Part shown: positions 47,634 through 58,472 of the stretch, piece after piece | Layout: each line of letters starts with the position of its first letter | How positions within the stretch are numbered: the first letter of the stretch is position 1 | Assembly (NCBI GenBank): GCA_964590195.1 | Contig: CAZPWJ010000016.1 | Span: 1,477 to 65,476, forward strand | Length of the DNA: 64,000 nucleotides | Origin: an uncultured Rhodospirillaceae bacterium | GTDB taxonomy: Bacteria > Pseudomonadota > Alphaproteobacteria > GCA-2731375 | Reading direction: 5' to 3' | The notes under the pieces: model-generated | What the model saw: only the letters and a program-made list of their open reading frames with translations | What the model was told of the DNA's origin: nothing | Databases searched by the model: none | Translations under genes and position numbers: made by a program

Positions 47634-50530
47634 TCCGACCCCAGAAGTTTGCCCGGCAATTTCAACAACTCGCCAGCGCCCTTGCTGACCGCGCCGCCAA
47701 CCCGGTCCAGTATTCCGGTAGGGTTCTCCTGTCCCATGGACTGGGCCGGCGCGGCCTCCACCTTGCCGCCTTTTAGCACATTCATACAAGGGTGCGCCTC
47801 GCCGGTACCGGTGCTTAACAACGGCAACAACAGCCCCACGCCCGGCAGCAACAGATTGCCAACCACGGCCACGGCCACGCTGCCGGCCACGGCCACGCTA
47901 TCAGGCACGGCGGAGGGATTGGCCAGGCTACCGCTAACATTGATAGGGGTTGCCAGGGATACCAGGGAGGGATCTTTTGCCCGGGGCGTCAGACGATAGT
48001 TAATGGCCTCGCTACTCAAATCCGTCTGACCATCGCCAACAACGGTAATATTTTCCGTATCCAACAGCAGCATCCGCGAACGCGCCACGCCGTCCTTGAT
48101 GCCATGGCTGGAGGCGAGACAATGCAGGCGCGTCCGGTTATCCGATGCTTTCTCCCTCACCAGGGCGACCACCAGATCCTCGGCCAGCAGGTCAAGAAAA
48201 CGGCTTTGTATATGGCCGTCGGAAATTATCATTGATGTCTCGCCATGAAGGCTGGCGGCCAAGGCCCGCAGATCAATGTGCCCGTCCGTCACGCGGCCGC
48301 GCAAATCAGCGCTCAGATCCAAACTGCCCGAGACCATGGTGGTATCGAACATCGGTCCCAAGGCCGACATGGCGGCCTGACGCAAAGCGACGCGCACGGC
48401 CAAATTACCCTGGTTAACACTGCCATCGATGCTCAACCGCCCCTTCGCCAGCCGGGCGGTGCTGGGTTTCAGGGTCAGGGCGCCTTGCCGCAGCGCCAGG
48501 TTCAATTGCAGCTGCTCCACAAACATATCGGCCCGGCGCAACCGTTGTGCGCGATATTTCAGTTCTCCATCAAGCAACGCCAGGACATCCAGATCGATAG
48601 TGATATCCGGGATCAGCCGATCCTCCGTGTCCGCTTCTGGTGCATCAGACTGGGCGGACGAAAAATCGAGATTTACATACTTCGAATGCAGATCGGCCTC
48701 GATTAGGGGGCGGTCGCCACTCAAATCCACGCTCATCTCGCCGGCAATGTCATTGCCGCCCAGGTGTACATCGAGAGCCTGTAGTTGAAAGGCGAGCATG
48801 CTTCCCTGGAACAGGCCGGCGGCTGTCAGATTTTCCTCTGCTGGAAGCGCGGACGGTACTGGCAAACGCGAAAGACCGTTCCATACGGATGCAACGGATC
48901 CCATCAGATCAAATTGCAGATCAAGGCCCTGGGCCGCCAACGGTTGGGCGACCCGGCCTCTCAAGGTTAACTTGGCGCCCAGGCGCGATTGGCTTTGCAG
49001 ATGCAGGTGGTCAATGACGGGCGCCTGCAGATCTCCCGTCAATTGCGCCGAGACCTGAAATTCGCCGGGGTCGGGGACCTGGTGCCCGATTAGGACCGCG
49101 AAACCGGCCAGGCTGGGTCCCCGCGCATCGACCTCCAGCGCCAGCCCGCTACCGGCCAAGGGGTTTGCCACGGCGCCGCGCAGCTCTATTTCCGTGCCGC
49201 CGGGATGGCTTATCCGGCCGTTGATCCGGCTTAGGCTTGGCGCCTGGCCATCACCCATCAACCGGGCCGTGACATCAAATCGTCCCAGGGCCGGGACATC
49301 CGCGCCCGCATACGAAGACAGCGCAGCGCTGTCGGGCCCTCGCAAGCGTATCTTCAGATCAAGGCCCTGGGCGCTCAACGGCCTCGCCACGCTGCCCGTG
49401 GCGCGCAGGCGCAGGCCATCCTTTGTCCCGGCCTCCAGTTCCAAATCCGTCAACGCCGGGTTCGCCATTGCGCCCGCCACCCGTCCGCGCAGCTGAACCG
49501 GTGATACGGACGGCAGTTCCATCCCCGCCAAGGCCGACAAATGCACGCTGTCGGACGCCTGAATATCCACCTCCAGTTCCAGCCCGGCAAGGACCAGGGC
49601 ATCGGCGATCCCGCCTCTCACGGAAATCAGGAAGCCTGGTTCAGGCGTAATGCGGGCGACAATATTACGCGCCGCCAACGGCCCGTCCCGGTCGTTCAAA
49701 TCAAAGGAAATATCCGCCTGCCCATGCAGGATGGGGTCCTGCCCGATCAGCCGTTGCAAGCTTTGCACCTGGTCCGTTTTGGCCGTCACATGAAGGTCCA
49801 CGCCATGGGCTTCGAGGGGCTTGAAAATGCGGCCCTTCAGGTTTGCCGTGGCGTCCGCCACCTCCAGGGTACCATCGATTTGAATTTCGCGGCCCTGCAT
49901 CAAGGCATCCAAACTGGCAAGCTGCCCCACGAAGGAGACAGGCTGGTCATGAATTCTGGCCGCTAGGGTGATATCGGCGGGGGCGGAGCTGTCGGCGACG
50001 TGAAGTTTGTATTCGCTGACCGCTAAGGTAAATTCCGCATCCCCGTCCCGATAGGTGACTTTGCCGCGCCGCAGGCGAAAATCAGCGATGCGCGGCGCAG
50101 TCAAGAAAGCCGCCGTTTCGCCTTGGGTCAGAAAATGCCCAAAAATCCAATCGAACTGACCATTCGGCAAGCGATCAATCAGAACATCCGCATCCTCGAT
50201 TTGCATCTGATCGATTTCAATTTCCTGCCGTAGCAAAGGCAATAGGGCGAGGCCAAATGAAATCCGGCCAATCTTGGCCCTGCTGCCCGCGCCATCATCC
50301 CGCCCCGTGCCTACCGTCAAGTCCGAAGCGGAAAATCCCGTATGCAGGCCGAGGCGAAGTTTTATATCGCCATCGATACGCAAGGGCCGGGCAAGGGCGG
50401 CGGATAATTGTTCGGCCAGCAAACCGCGATATTCGTTGAAATTTGTGAAATACAGCGCGGCGGTAATGCTGACGGCGAGGCCCAGAACAAGCCCCAATGC
50501 GATCCGCATGTACTTAAGACCGCGCCTCAT
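47630..50530 (-). CDS. AsmA family outer-membrane assembly protein
   Basis: N-terminal transmembrane anchor (MRIALGLVLGLAVSITAALYF), then a ~950-aa repetitive beta-rich periplasmic region typical of AsmA-like proteins. Confidence 0.75.
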   Translation of the reverse strand: MRRGLKYMRIALGLVLGLAVSITAALYFTNFNEYRGLLAEQLSAALARPLRIDGDIKLRLGLHTGFSASDLTVGTGRDDGAGSRAKIGRISFGLALLPLLRQEIEIDQMQIEDADVLIDRLPNGQFDWIFGHFLTQGETAAFLTAPRIADFRLRRGKVTYRDGDAEFTLAVSEYKLHVADSSAPADITLAARIHDQPVSFVGQLASLDALMQGREIQIDGTLEVADATANLKGRIFKPLEAHGVDLHVTAKTDQVQSLQRLIGQDPILHGQADISFDLNDRDGPLAARNIVARITPEPGFLISVRGGIADALVLAGLELEVDIQASDSVHLSALAGMELPSVSPVQLRGRVAGAMANPALTDLELEAGTKDGLRLRATGSVARPLSAQGLDLKIRLRGPDSAALSSYAGADVPALGRFDVTARLMGDGQAPSLSRINGRISHPGGTEIELRGAVANPLAGSGLALEVDARGPSLAGFAVLIGHQVPDPGEFQVSAQLTGDLQAPVIDHLHLQSQSRLGAKLTLRGRVAQPLAAQGLDLQFDLMGSVASVWNGLSRLPVPSALPAEENLTAAGLFQGSMLAFQLQALDVHLGGNDIAGEMSVDLSGDRPLIEADLHSKYVNLDFSSAQSDAPEADTEDRLIPDITIDLDVLALLDGELKYRAQRLRRADMFVEQLQLNLALRQGALTLKPSTARLAKGRLSIDGSVNQGNLAVRVALRQAAMSALGPMFDTTMVSGSLDLSADLRGRVTDGHIDLRALAASLHGETSMIISDGHIQSRFLDLLAEDLVVALVREKASDNRTRLHCLASSHGIKDGVARSRMLLLDTENITVVGDGQTDLSSEAINYRLTPRAKDPSLVSLATPINVSGSLANPSAVPDSVAVAGSVAVAVVGNLLLPGVGLLLPLLSTGTGEAHPCMNVLKGGKVEAAPAQSMGQENPTGILDRVGGAVSKGAGELLKLPGKLLGSE

Positions 50531-51213
50531 GACGCCGGCCAGTGTCCGATCACGAATGCCGGCAGTTCGCGAAAATCGTTCAAGATTACGCGCGCTCCGG
50601 CGTCTTGTAGGGCATCCACACCGTGATAGCCCCAAGACACGCCAACCGGTGTCACCCCGGCGCTCACCGCCATTGCCATGTCGAAACTAGTATCACCGAG
50701 CATCAATGTATCATCCGCCGTCACGCCCGCCTCGGCCATGGCCTGCAACAACATTCCAGGATGCGGCTTGCCCGGATGGCCATCGGCTGTCTGCCGCGTC
50801 AAAAAGCAGTCTTGCAGATTGTGGCTGGCAAGCACCGCGTCAAGGCCCCGGCGCGATTTTCCCGTTGCCACGCCTAGTAGATAGCCAAGCGCCTCCAGCT
50901 CCCGCAGGATCGCATGGGCATGAGGAAAAAGCGGATCGGGCGCTACGGCACGGCTGCGCTGTTCAAAAAACAGCCGCCGGTAGGTCTGCACCAAACGCCC
51001 GCGGCCGTCCTCGTCCCCTGCCGGCCACAGATGCCGGGCGATTTCCTCCAGCGACAGGCCGATCAGGGCGCGAACGGCGTCCGCGCCGGGTTGGGGCAGA
51101 TCCATCTCGGCGAAGGCGGCGGCCATGGTCGAGATGATGGCGTGCTGGCTATCCACCAGGGTGCCATCGCAGTCAAAAACGATCAAGCGTAGGGGCGTGG
51201 CAGCCTCCGCCAA
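50527..51213 (-). CDS. HAD-superfamily hydrolase (phosphoglycolate phosphatase-like)
   Basis: LIVFDCDGTLVDS (motif I DxDGT), GVATGKSRRGL, LMLGDTSFDMAMA (motif IV). The start is uncertain (TTG at 51213 or the upstream in-frame ATG at 51354). Confidence 0.7.
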   Translation of the reverse strand: MAEAATPLRLIVFDCDGTLVDSQHAIISTMAAAFAEMDLPQPGADAVRALIGLSLEEIARHLWPAGDEDGRGRLVQTYRRLFFEQRSRAVAPDPLFPHAHAILRELEALGYLLGVATGKSRRGLDAVLASHNLQDCFLTRQTADGHPGKPHPGMLLQAMAEAGVTADDTLMLGDTSFDMAMAVSAGVTPVGVSWGYHGVDALQDAGARVILNDFRELPAFVIGHWPAS

Positions 51214-51214
51214 A

Positions 51215-52102
51215 CTATTTATCGGGCCCCGCCACAAGCGCGGAGTCCGAAACCGATCGGGGATCCCGCAAGGTCCACCGTTCCTGCTCCACTGTCGAGA
51301 GGAATTCCGCCACCGATTGGTTGAAGGCCGCCGGCTCCTCCAGATTGGCGGCATGGCCGGTGCGCGGCAGCATCACCAGGCCCGATGAAGGAATGGTCCG
51401 CTTGAGGTAAAGATTGGCGTCAAGGCAGGGTTCGTCCTCGTCACCGGTCATCAACAGGGTGGGTACCGTCAGTTGCCGCAAGCCGTCTTCAAGATCATAG
51501 AGCGAGGGCCGCTTGGCCTGAACGTTACCCATTGTCAGGCCGGAACCCTCCGCCGAATGGCTGAGGAAACGCTCCTGAAACTCGGCATAGCCACGGGGGT
51601 CCTTGTTCTGAAACTGCACTCGCGTCGGGCCCTGAGAATAGGGTGTCCCAACCGCGACCATGCCTTTTTCCAGAAAGGATGCAGCGAATTGCTCCACTTC
51701 CGAAGTGAAATTGTCACCACTGTCCTTCTTGGCCCCATAGCCGCAGCCAACGACCACCAGGCTGCGCGCCATATCAGCGTAGCGCATGCCAAAATGCAGG
51801 GTCGCGAAAGCACCCATGGAGCAGCCGACCACATGCGCCTTGTCAATATCCAGGCCGCGCATCACGGCGGCGATGTCGTCAGCGGCCATGTCCTGGGAAT
51901 AAAGCGCCGGATCGGAGGGCACATCCGAGGGCGGATAGCCACGGGCGTTGTAACTGACACAGCGGTAGCGCCGGGAGAAAAAGCGCACCTGGGGTTCCCA
52001 GCTACGGAAATCATCGGCGAATTCGTGCACAAAGATGATGGCATCGCCGCTGCCGGCTTCCTCGTAATACAGTTTGGCGCCGTCGGCCTGGATATGGGGC
52101 AT
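51215..52102 (-). CDS. alpha/beta hydrolase fold protein
   Basis: VGCSMGAF nucleophile elbow (GxSxG). 295 aa. Confidence 0.75.
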   Translation of the reverse strand: MPHIQADGAKLYYEEAGSGDAIIFVHEFADDFRSWEPQVRFFSRRYRCVSYNARGYPPSDVPSDPALYSQDMAADDIAAVMRGLDIDKAHVVGCSMGAFATLHFGMRYADMARSLVVVGCGYGAKKDSGDNFTSEVEQFAASFLEKGMVAVGTPYSQGPTRVQFQNKDPRGYAEFQERFLSHSAEGSGLTMGNVQAKRPSLYDLEDGLRQLTVPTLLMTGDEDEPCLDANLYLKRTIPSSGLVMLPRTGHAANLEEPAAFNQSVAEFLSTVEQERWTLRDPRSVSDSALVAGPDK

Positions 52103-52175
52103 ACGGATTTTCCTTATGATTTACGCTTGTGGATGACCACAATAGGGCTGTCCGCCGATATTGTCAGTGACGGTT

Positions 52176-53171
52176 TCACCATTCTTCTTCCGCGGCCAGT
52201 TCGGCCATGCGCTCGGCGGCGGCTTCCGGATTGAAGCCAAGGGTGCGCAAGGTTGTGCGGAAATGTGCCGGGATCGGCGCTTCAACGGACAAGGTACCGC
52301 CGTCGGGGTGCGGCAACGCGATGGAACGGGCATGCAAATGCAAACCCTTGCCCAAATCCATGCCGGGCAAGGCGGCATCGATACCGCCGTATTTGCCATC
52401 GCCCAGGATCGGCGTGCCGATGGCGGCGCAATGGGCCCGCAACTGATGGGTCCGCCCTGTGCGCGGCCAAAGAGCCAGCCAGGCCGCCTGGTCGCCGATA
52501 TTTTCAATGACCACGAAATCCGTGATCGCCTGCTTGCCCAACTTGCGGTCGACGCGCACCCGCTCGCCATCCGGCCCCGGTGTCTTGGCCAGGGGCAGAT
52601 TGATCTGGCCACGGGGTTCCGGCGGCATGCCCGCGACAATGGCCCAATAGAGCTTTTCCGTATCCCGATCACGAAAGGCGCCGGTCAATGCGGTGGCGGC
52701 GCGGGCATGACGGGCCAGCACCAGAACACCGGAAGTATCCCGGTCCAGGCGGTGCACCAGGCGCGGGCGCTCCTTGGCGTCAAACTGTAAGGCGTCCAGC
52801 ATGCCGTCAATGTGGCGTTTGGTGCCGCTGCCGCCCTGCACCGCCAGGCCAGCCGGCTTGTCCAGCACCAAGACAGACGCGTCCTGGTGCAGAATCCGTT
52901 GTTGCAGTTCCTTGGCATCCTGCGCGGAGACCGCCCGTGGCGGGCGCTTTTTCTTGGGCGCCGGGGCGTCCAGGGGTGGCACGCGCACCTCCTGCCCCGG
53001 TTGCAAACGGTGGCCGGCCTTGACCTTGGCGCCATCGACACGGACCTGACCCTTGCGCAGCATCTTTTCCAGGCGGCCATGGCTCAGTTCGGGAAAATGG
53101 CGTTTGAACCAACGGTCCAGACGCACCTCGCCCTCGTCCTCGCCAACGCTCACTAATTGTACCGCGCTCAT
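52176..53171 (-). CDS. rluC: RluA-family 23S rRNA pseudouridine synthase (RluC-like, S4 domain + catalytic domain)
   Basis: S4-like LDRWFKRHFPELSHGRLEKMLRKGQVRVDG and catalytic LVHRLDRDTSGVLVLAR motif. The ATG at 53171 overlaps the crcB stop. Confidence 0.8.
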   Translation of the reverse strand: MSAVQLVSVGEDEGEVRLDRWFKRHFPELSHGRLEKMLRKGQVRVDGAKVKAGHRLQPGQEVRVPPLDAPAPKKKRPPRAVSAQDAKELQQRILHQDASVLVLDKPAGLAVQGGSGTKRHIDGMLDALQFDAKERPRLVHRLDRDTSGVLVLARHARAATALTGAFRDRDTEKLYWAIVAGMPPEPRGQINLPLAKTPGPDGERVRVDRKLGKQAITDFVVIENIGDQAAWLALWPRTGRTHQLRAHCAAIGTPILGDGKYGGIDAALPGMDLGKGLHLHARSIALPHPDGGTLSVEAPIPAHFRTTLRTLGFNPEAAAERMAELAAEEEW

Positions 53172-53548
53172 GCCAGCACCTGACGGAAGATCATCAGGCC
53201 GGCGAACAGACCGCAAATGGACAGCAACACATTACCGGCGATATAGGCAAAGGCCGGGCCCAGGCTGCCCCGCTCCAACAGCAGCACCGCATCCAGGGAA
53301 AAGGCCGAAAACGTGGTAAAGCCGCCCAGCATTCCGACCACTAAAAAGCCGCGCATTTCCTGGGTTGCCGACCAGCGCAGCGCCAGATATTCCACCAATA
53401 CACCGAGGATGAACGAGCCCAGGATATTCACCGTCAGGGTGCCCCAGGGAAAGCCACCGCCGGCCCAGCGCATGACGTGGCCCGAGATCAGGTGGCGGCC
53501 CACGGCGCCCAAGGCACCGCCACAGGCCACTGCCAACAGCATCTTCAT
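53168..53548 (-). CDS. crcB: fluoride ion exporter CrcB/FluC
   Basis: 126 aa with four transmembrane segments. GGALGAVGRH ... GTLTVNILGSFILG CrcB signature. Confidence 0.85.
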   Translation of the reverse strand: MKMLLAVACGGALGAVGRHLISGHVMRWAGGGFPWGTLTVNILGSFILGVLVEYLALRWSATQEMRGFLVVGMLGGFTTFSAFSLDAVLLLERGSLGPAFAYIAGNVLLSICGLFAGLMIFRQVLA

Positions 53549-54876
53549 GATCCGGGTTCCTCCTCCCCCACGTCTTCTTGTGACGCACCCCGCAGTTTAT
53601 CCCAATACGCCATGCGTTTGCCTACCTCGCGCTCAAAGCCGCGCTCGGCCGGGCGGTAGAAATTCTGCCTGGGCATCTGCTCGGGGAAATAATCCTGGCC
53701 GGAGAAGCCTTCCTCGGTGCCATGGTCGTAAACATAGCCGTCACCATAGCCCAAATCCTTCATCAGGCCCGTGGGGGCATTCAGAATATGTTTTGGCGGC
53801 ATCAGGGAGCCGGTTTCCCGCGCCGCGCGGTTGGCCCGGCTTAGCGCTTCGTAGGCGGCATTGGACTTGGGCGCGGTGGCCAGATAGATCACCGCCTGGG
53901 CAATGGCCAGTTCGCCTTCCGGGCTGCCCAGAAAATCATAGGCATCCTTGGCGCCGTTGGCCTGAACCAGGGCCTGGGGATCGGCCAGGCCGATATCCTC
54001 CACCGCAAAGCGTACCAGACGCCGGGCAATGTAGAGCGGCTGCTCCCCCGCCGTCAGCATTCGCGCCAGCCAATAGAGCGAGGCATCCACATCCGAGCCG
54101 CGCAGGGATTTATGCAGGGCGCTGATCAGATTGTAGTGGCCTTCCTGGGCCTTGTCATAGACCGGCGCCCGGCGTTGCAGGGTTTGGCTCAATTGGGCCA
54201 CGTCCAGGGGTTCGTCCGTGGACAGTCCCAGCAATTCCTCGGCTAAATTCAGGGCGAAACGGCCATCGCCATCGGCCATGGCGCGCAGCGAGTGGCGGGC
54301 CTCTTCCAACAGGGGCAGCTTCTTTTCCGCCGCCGCCTCGGCCCGACAGAGCAATTCTTCGAGAGCGTCATCGTCAAGGCGGTTGAGCACCAGCACCTGG
54401 CAACGGGAGAGCAGGGCGGCATTCAACTCGAACGAGGGATTTTCTGTGGTGGCTCCGACCAGGACGATGGTGCCGTCCTCGACATAGGGTAGGAATCCAT
54501 CCTGCTGCGAGCGGTTGAAGCGATGAATTTCGTCCACGAACAACAACGTGCCCTGGCCGCTCATACGGCGTTCGCCGGCGGCGGCGAACGCCTTGCGTAG
54601 ATCGGCGACGCCGGAAAACACCGCCGATAACTGTTCGAAATGCAATCCCACATGCGCCGCCAACAAACGTGCGATGGTGGTCTTGCCACTGCCCGGTGGG
54701 CCCCAAAGTACAAGGGAGGCCAAACGGCCACTATCCAGCATGCGGCTGATGGCGCCATTTTCCGCCAACAGATGATCCTGACCGATCACCTGGTCAAGCC
54801 GGCTGGGCCGCAGACGTTCAGCCAAGGGCCGCAGGGGACCCTGATCCATGCCGGCGGCTTCGAACAGATTGCTCAT
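53545..54876 (-). CDS. rarA: replication-associated recombination protein A (AAA+ ATPase)
   Basis: LRPSRLDQVIGQDHL..LVLWGPPGSGKTTIARLLA Walker A and FVDEIHRFNRSQQD Walker B/sensor. Confidence 0.9.
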   Translation of the reverse strand: MSNLFEAAGMDQGPLRPLAERLRPSRLDQVIGQDHLLAENGAISRMLDSGRLASLVLWGPPGSGKTTIARLLAAHVGLHFEQLSAVFSGVADLRKAFAAAGERRMSGQGTLLFVDEIHRFNRSQQDGFLPYVEDGTIVLVGATTENPSFELNAALLSRCQVLVLNRLDDDALEELLCRAEAAAEKKLPLLEEARHSLRAMADGDGRFALNLAEELLGLSTDEPLDVAQLSQTLQRRAPVYDKAQEGHYNLISALHKSLRGSDVDASLYWLARMLTAGEQPLYIARRLVRFAVEDIGLADPQALVQANGAKDAYDFLGSPEGELAIAQAVIYLATAPKSNAAYEALSRANRAARETGSLMPPKHILNAPTGLMKDLGYGDGYVYDHGTEEGFSGQDYFPEQMPRQNFYRPAERGFEREVGKRMAYWDKLRGASQEDVGEEEPGS

Positions 54877-56294
54877 TCACCAATCCGAACTGTATGTACC
54901 TTACCGCCTCGCTGCATGGTAATGCGCCAATCCGTTGCCGGCTCCTTCATCACCGCGACCAATTCCGATACCAGACCAATACGTGCCTTGTTCACGCCCA
55001 ATATTAGATCACCCTTGCGAAAACGGAAACGCCGGGCCAGGCTGCGTTGCGCCACATCCAGAATTATGACGCCGCTGGCCAGGGTGTCGATGCCCAGTTC
55101 CTCGGCCAGGGCCGGCGACAGATTGGCCACCGTGGCCCCCGCCAAGGGCTGGCGGCCCTTTAGTTCCGTAATCCGCCGCGGCGGTGTTTCGGGTGCGGCG
55201 ACCAGCTTCAGGTTCAAGCTTCGAACAGCGCCGTCGCGCCAAATATCTAAGCGCGCTTCGTTGCCGATCATGCGGGTACCCATGCGGAAATTCAAAGCCT
55301 TGGGCGAGGCGACGTCGTGGCCGTCGATCGTTACGATGACATCGCCCACCGCCATGCCGGCACGGTCCGCCGGACCATCCTCATAGAGCGAACGGATCAA
55401 CACGCCGCGGGGTCGCGTCATGTCAAGAGAGGCCGCGATATCAGCCGTGACGGTTTGGGTCGCCGCCCCCAGCCAGGGCCGCTTGACATGATGCAGGCCC
55501 AACTTGGCCGAAGCCAAAACCGCCCGCACCATGGCCGATGGCACCGCGAATCCGATGCCGTGCGAGCCCCCGGTACGGGAATAAATCGCCGTATTGATGC
55601 CCGCCAAGCGGCCGTCCATGGTGATCAGCGCGCCGCCCGAATTGCCCGGATTGATCGCCGCATCGGTCTGGATGAAGAACTGAAAGTCCGACACCCCGAT
55701 ACCCGTCCGCGCCAGGGCGGAAACGATACCGGAGGTCACGGTCTGGCCAACATTGAAAGGATTGCCGATGGCCAATACAAGATCGCCGACTTCCAGACTG
55801 TCCGAATCCCGCAGCTCCAAAAAGGGCAATTTCTCGCCCTCGGTCTTGATCTTCAGAACCGCCAGGTCGGTGCTCTCGTCATCCAGCATCAACTCGGCCT
55901 CGAACTCGCGGCGGTCGGAAAGGGCGACCGTGATCTCGTCGGCGCCGGCGATGACATGATGGTTGGTGACGATCATGCCATCGGCGCTGACCATGACGCC
56001 GGAGCCCAGTGAATTCTGTTGTTGCCGCCGCCGCCGGCCATTGCCGGCACCGAAGCGATCACCGAAAAAGCGGCGGAAAAACGGATCATCGAATAACGGC
56101 GAGCGAACGACCTGTTCCACTACGCGGCGGGTATAAATATTGACCACCGCCGGTGCCGCCTGTTTGACCAGCGGCGCAAAGGACAGCTGCACCTGGGCCT
56201 GGCTGGTAGGCACCACCTTTTTGGCCACTGCGGTCTGCGCCGGCGCGAGCGCCAGAACCAGAACGCCAAGAAGCAAGACAATTCTCATTTTCAC
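54873..56294 (-). CDS. degP: DegP/HtrA family periplasmic serine endoprotease with two PDZ domains
   Basis: Signal peptide. Catalytic-triad regions (MIVTNHHV, TDAAINPGNSGGAL). Two PDZ-like C-terminal modules. Confidence 0.9.
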   Translation of the reverse strand: MKMRIVLLLGVLVLALAPAQTAVAKKVVPTSQAQVQLSFAPLVKQAAPAVVNIYTRRVVEQVVRSPLFDDPFFRRFFGDRFGAGNGRRRRQQQNSLGSGVMVSADGMIVTNHHVIAGADEITVALSDRREFEAELMLDDESTDLAVLKIKTEGEKLPFLELRDSDSLEVGDLVLAIGNPFNVGQTVTSGIVSALARTGIGVSDFQFFIQTDAAINPGNSGGALITMDGRLAGINTAIYSRTGGSHGIGFAVPSAMVRAVLASAKLGLHHVKRPWLGAATQTVTADIAASLDMTRPRGVLIRSLYEDGPADRAGMAVGDVIVTIDGHDVASPKALNFRMGTRMIGNEARLDIWRDGAVRSLNLKLVAAPETPPRRITELKGRQPLAGATVANLSPALAEELGIDTLASGVIILDVAQRSLARRFRFRKGDLILGVNKARIGLVSELVAVMKEPATDWRITMQRGGKVHTVRIGE

Positions 56295-56388
56295 GTGTTA
56301 TCCACTGCTGCAAACTAGATCGAATAAGTTGGCGCAACTTACCTAACTTCGAACGAACGCAGGTTGCTCCAACAGGGCACAAACAACT

Positions 56389-56410
56389 GGGGCAGCCCGA
56401 AGGCTGCCCC
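56389..56410 (-). terminator. putative rho-independent terminator downstream of rplQ
   Basis: GGGGCAGCC-CGAA-GGCTGCCCC hairpin 65 nt past the rplQ stop. On the minus strand it is followed by AGTTGTTTGTG, which is only moderately T-rich. Confidence 0.4.
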
Positions 56411-56474
56411 AATTTGATCGCTTTTCGCGTTTCGGCAAAGCGCCGTTTTCGCGATATGCTCTTGGCAGCCGCCG

Positions 56475-56903
56475 TCAGGCCGCGACATCCTCGTCTTCGT
56501 CTTCTTCCGTGCCAGTGGGGCCGGAATCCTGCCCCTTGGCATCCACGTCACGGTCAACGAATTCGATATAGGCCATGGGCGCGCAATCACCATAACGGAA
56601 ATTGGCCCGGATAATCCGGATATAACCACCCTGGCGCTCCGCGTAACGCGGCGCCAAAACATCAAACAACTTGGCCACCATGGCCCGATCCGGGAGGCGG
56701 GCATAGGCCAGACGGCGGGCATGCAGATCGCCGCGTTTGCCCAGGGTGATCAATTTCTCCACGATCGGGCGCAATTCCTTGGCCTTGGGCAGAGTGGTAT
56801 TGATCTGCTCATGCTTGATCAGGGCCGCCGCCATATTGGCGAACATCGCCTTGCGGTGCGAGCTGTCCCGGTTCAGTTTGCGTCCACGTATACGGTGCCG
56901 CAT
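56475..56903 (-). CDS. rplQ: 50S ribosomal protein L17
   Basis: [34 protein letters not shown]... canonical L17. Confidence 0.95.
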   Translation of the reverse strand: MRHRIRGRKLNRDSSHRKAMFANMAAALIKHEQINTTLPKAKELRPIVEKLITLGKRGDLHARRLAYARLPDRAMVAKLFDVLAPRYAERQGGYIRIIRANFRYGDCAPMAYIEFVDRDVDAKGQDSGPTGTEEDEDEDVAA

Positions 56904-56961
56904 GTCGCTACTCCTTATACCAGTTCAATGACAATCAGAGGATGACTGATCGTTCAGTGAA

Positions 56962-57978
56962 CTAGAATTCCGTTTCCATCTGTTTCGCCAGATCATCAAT
57001 GTTCTCCGGCGGCCACTCAGATACTTCCATGCCAAGGTGCAGGCCCATCTGGGTCAGCACTTCCTTGATTTCGTTCAACGACTTGCGGCCGAAATTCGGC
57101 GTCCGCAACATCTCGGATTCGGTTTTCTGCACCAGATCGCCGATATAGATGATGTTGTCGTTCTTCAGGCAATTGGCCGAACGTACCGACAATTCCAACT
57201 CGTCCACCTTGCGCAGCAGATTGCGGTTGATGCGCGGAATTTCCGGTTCGAAATGCACCGGCTCTTCGCGGGGCTCTTCGAAATTGATGAACAGCTGCAA
57301 CTGATCCTGCAAAATCCGGGCGGCGAAGGCGATCGCGTCGTCGGGCGACACCGTGCCATCGGTTTCGATATCCATGGTCAGCTTGTCGTAGTCCAGGATC
57401 TGGCCTTCGCGGGAATTCTCCACCCGATAGGCGACCTGGCGCACGGGGCTAAAGACGGAATCCACGGGGATCAGGCCAATGGGGCTGTCTTCGGCGCGGT
57501 TATGTTCCGCCGCCAGATAACCCTTGCCGGAATCCACGGTCAACTCCATGGACAACTTGGCGCCTTGATCGAGATGGCAGATCACCAGATCGGGGTTCAT
57601 CACCTCGATATCCGGGCCCATCTCGATATTCGCCGCCGTCACCGCACCGGGACCATCCGCCTTCAAGGTCATCCGCCGGGGTCCTTCGCTGTGCAAACGC
57701 ACGGCCAGGGCCTTGATGTTCAGAACAATGTCCGTCACATCCTCGCGGACGCCCGGGATCGACGAGAATTCATGCAGAACCCCATCAATCTGCAGAGACG
57801 TCACCGCCGCGCCATGCAGAGACGACAGCAGAATGCGCCGCAATGCGTTGCCCAAAGTCAGACCAAAGCCGCGTTCCAAAGGCTCGGCCACAACCGTGGC
57901 CTTGCGATCCGGATCGTTCTCCGACTCGATGCTCAACTTGTTTGGTTTAATCAGTTCTTGCCAGTTCTTCTGGATCAC
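56962..57978 (-). CDS. rpoA: DNA-directed RNA polymerase alpha subunit
   Basis: [15 protein letters not shown]...[11 protein letters not shown]... canonical RpoA N- and C-terminal domains. 338 aa. Confidence 0.95.
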   Translation of the reverse strand: MIQKNWQELIKPNKLSIESENDPDRKATVVAEPLERGFGLTLGNALRRILLSSLHGAAVTSLQIDGVLHEFSSIPGVREDVTDIVLNIKALAVRLHSEGPRRMTLKADGPGAVTAANIEMGPDIEVMNPDLVICHLDQGAKLSMELTVDSGKGYLAAEHNRAEDSPIGLIPVDSVFSPVRQVAYRVENSREGQILDYDKLTMDIETDGTVSPDDAIAFAARILQDQLQLFINFEEPREEPVHFEPEIPRINRNLLRKVDELELSVRSANCLKNDNIIYIGDLVQKTESEMLRTPNFGRKSLNEIKEVLTQMGLHLGMEVSEWPPENIDDLAKQMETEF

Positions 57979-58074
57979 GTCGTATCCTCGCGCTCTCCAA
58001 CCGCCGAACCCGGGACATCCCGGGGATTACAAGTCTTCAAACGGCCGGCCTCTGGGAGGTGCCGGCCATCGGAA

Positions 58075-58464
58075 TTAGACCCGCCGCCGCTTGGGTGGCC
58101 GACAACCATTGTGTGGTATCGGCGTCACGTCCTTAATGAAAGTAATGGTGAAACCCACCGCCTGTAGCGCCCGAAGAGCGGACTCACGCCCCGACCCCGG
58201 ACCCTTGACGAAGACCTCAAGTGATTTCATACCATGCTCCTGCGCCTTGCGGCCGGCATCTTCCGCCGCCATCTGCGCCGCGTAAGGCGTAGATTTGCGC
58301 GAGCCCTTAAAGCCCTGCGCACCGGCGGACGACCAGGCAATCGCATTGCCCTGCACGTCCGAGATCGTGATCATGGTGTTGTTAAACGTCGCATTAACAT
58401 GCGCCACGCCCGAGATGATGTTTTTCTTCTCGCGCCTGCGGACGCGTGTACGTTCTTTTGCCAT
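58075..58464 (-). CDS. rpsK: 30S ribosomal protein S11
   Basis: [30 protein letters not shown]... canonical S11. Confidence 0.95.
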   Translation of the reverse strand: MAKERTRVRRREKKNIISGVAHVNATFNNTMITISDVQGNAIAWSSAGAQGFKGSRKSTPYAAQMAAEDAGRKAQEHGMKSLEVFVKGPGSGRESALRALQAVGFTITFIKDVTPIPHNGCRPPKRRRV

Positions 58465-58472
58465 TGCCTATA

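Noticed and set aside
56295-56388. Sigma-E-type promoter upstream of degP/htrA
   Set aside because: I looked for a GGAACTT-N16-TCnAA-like motif on the minus strand and found only weak partial matches (for example CGAAGTT). It is not supportable from sequence alone.
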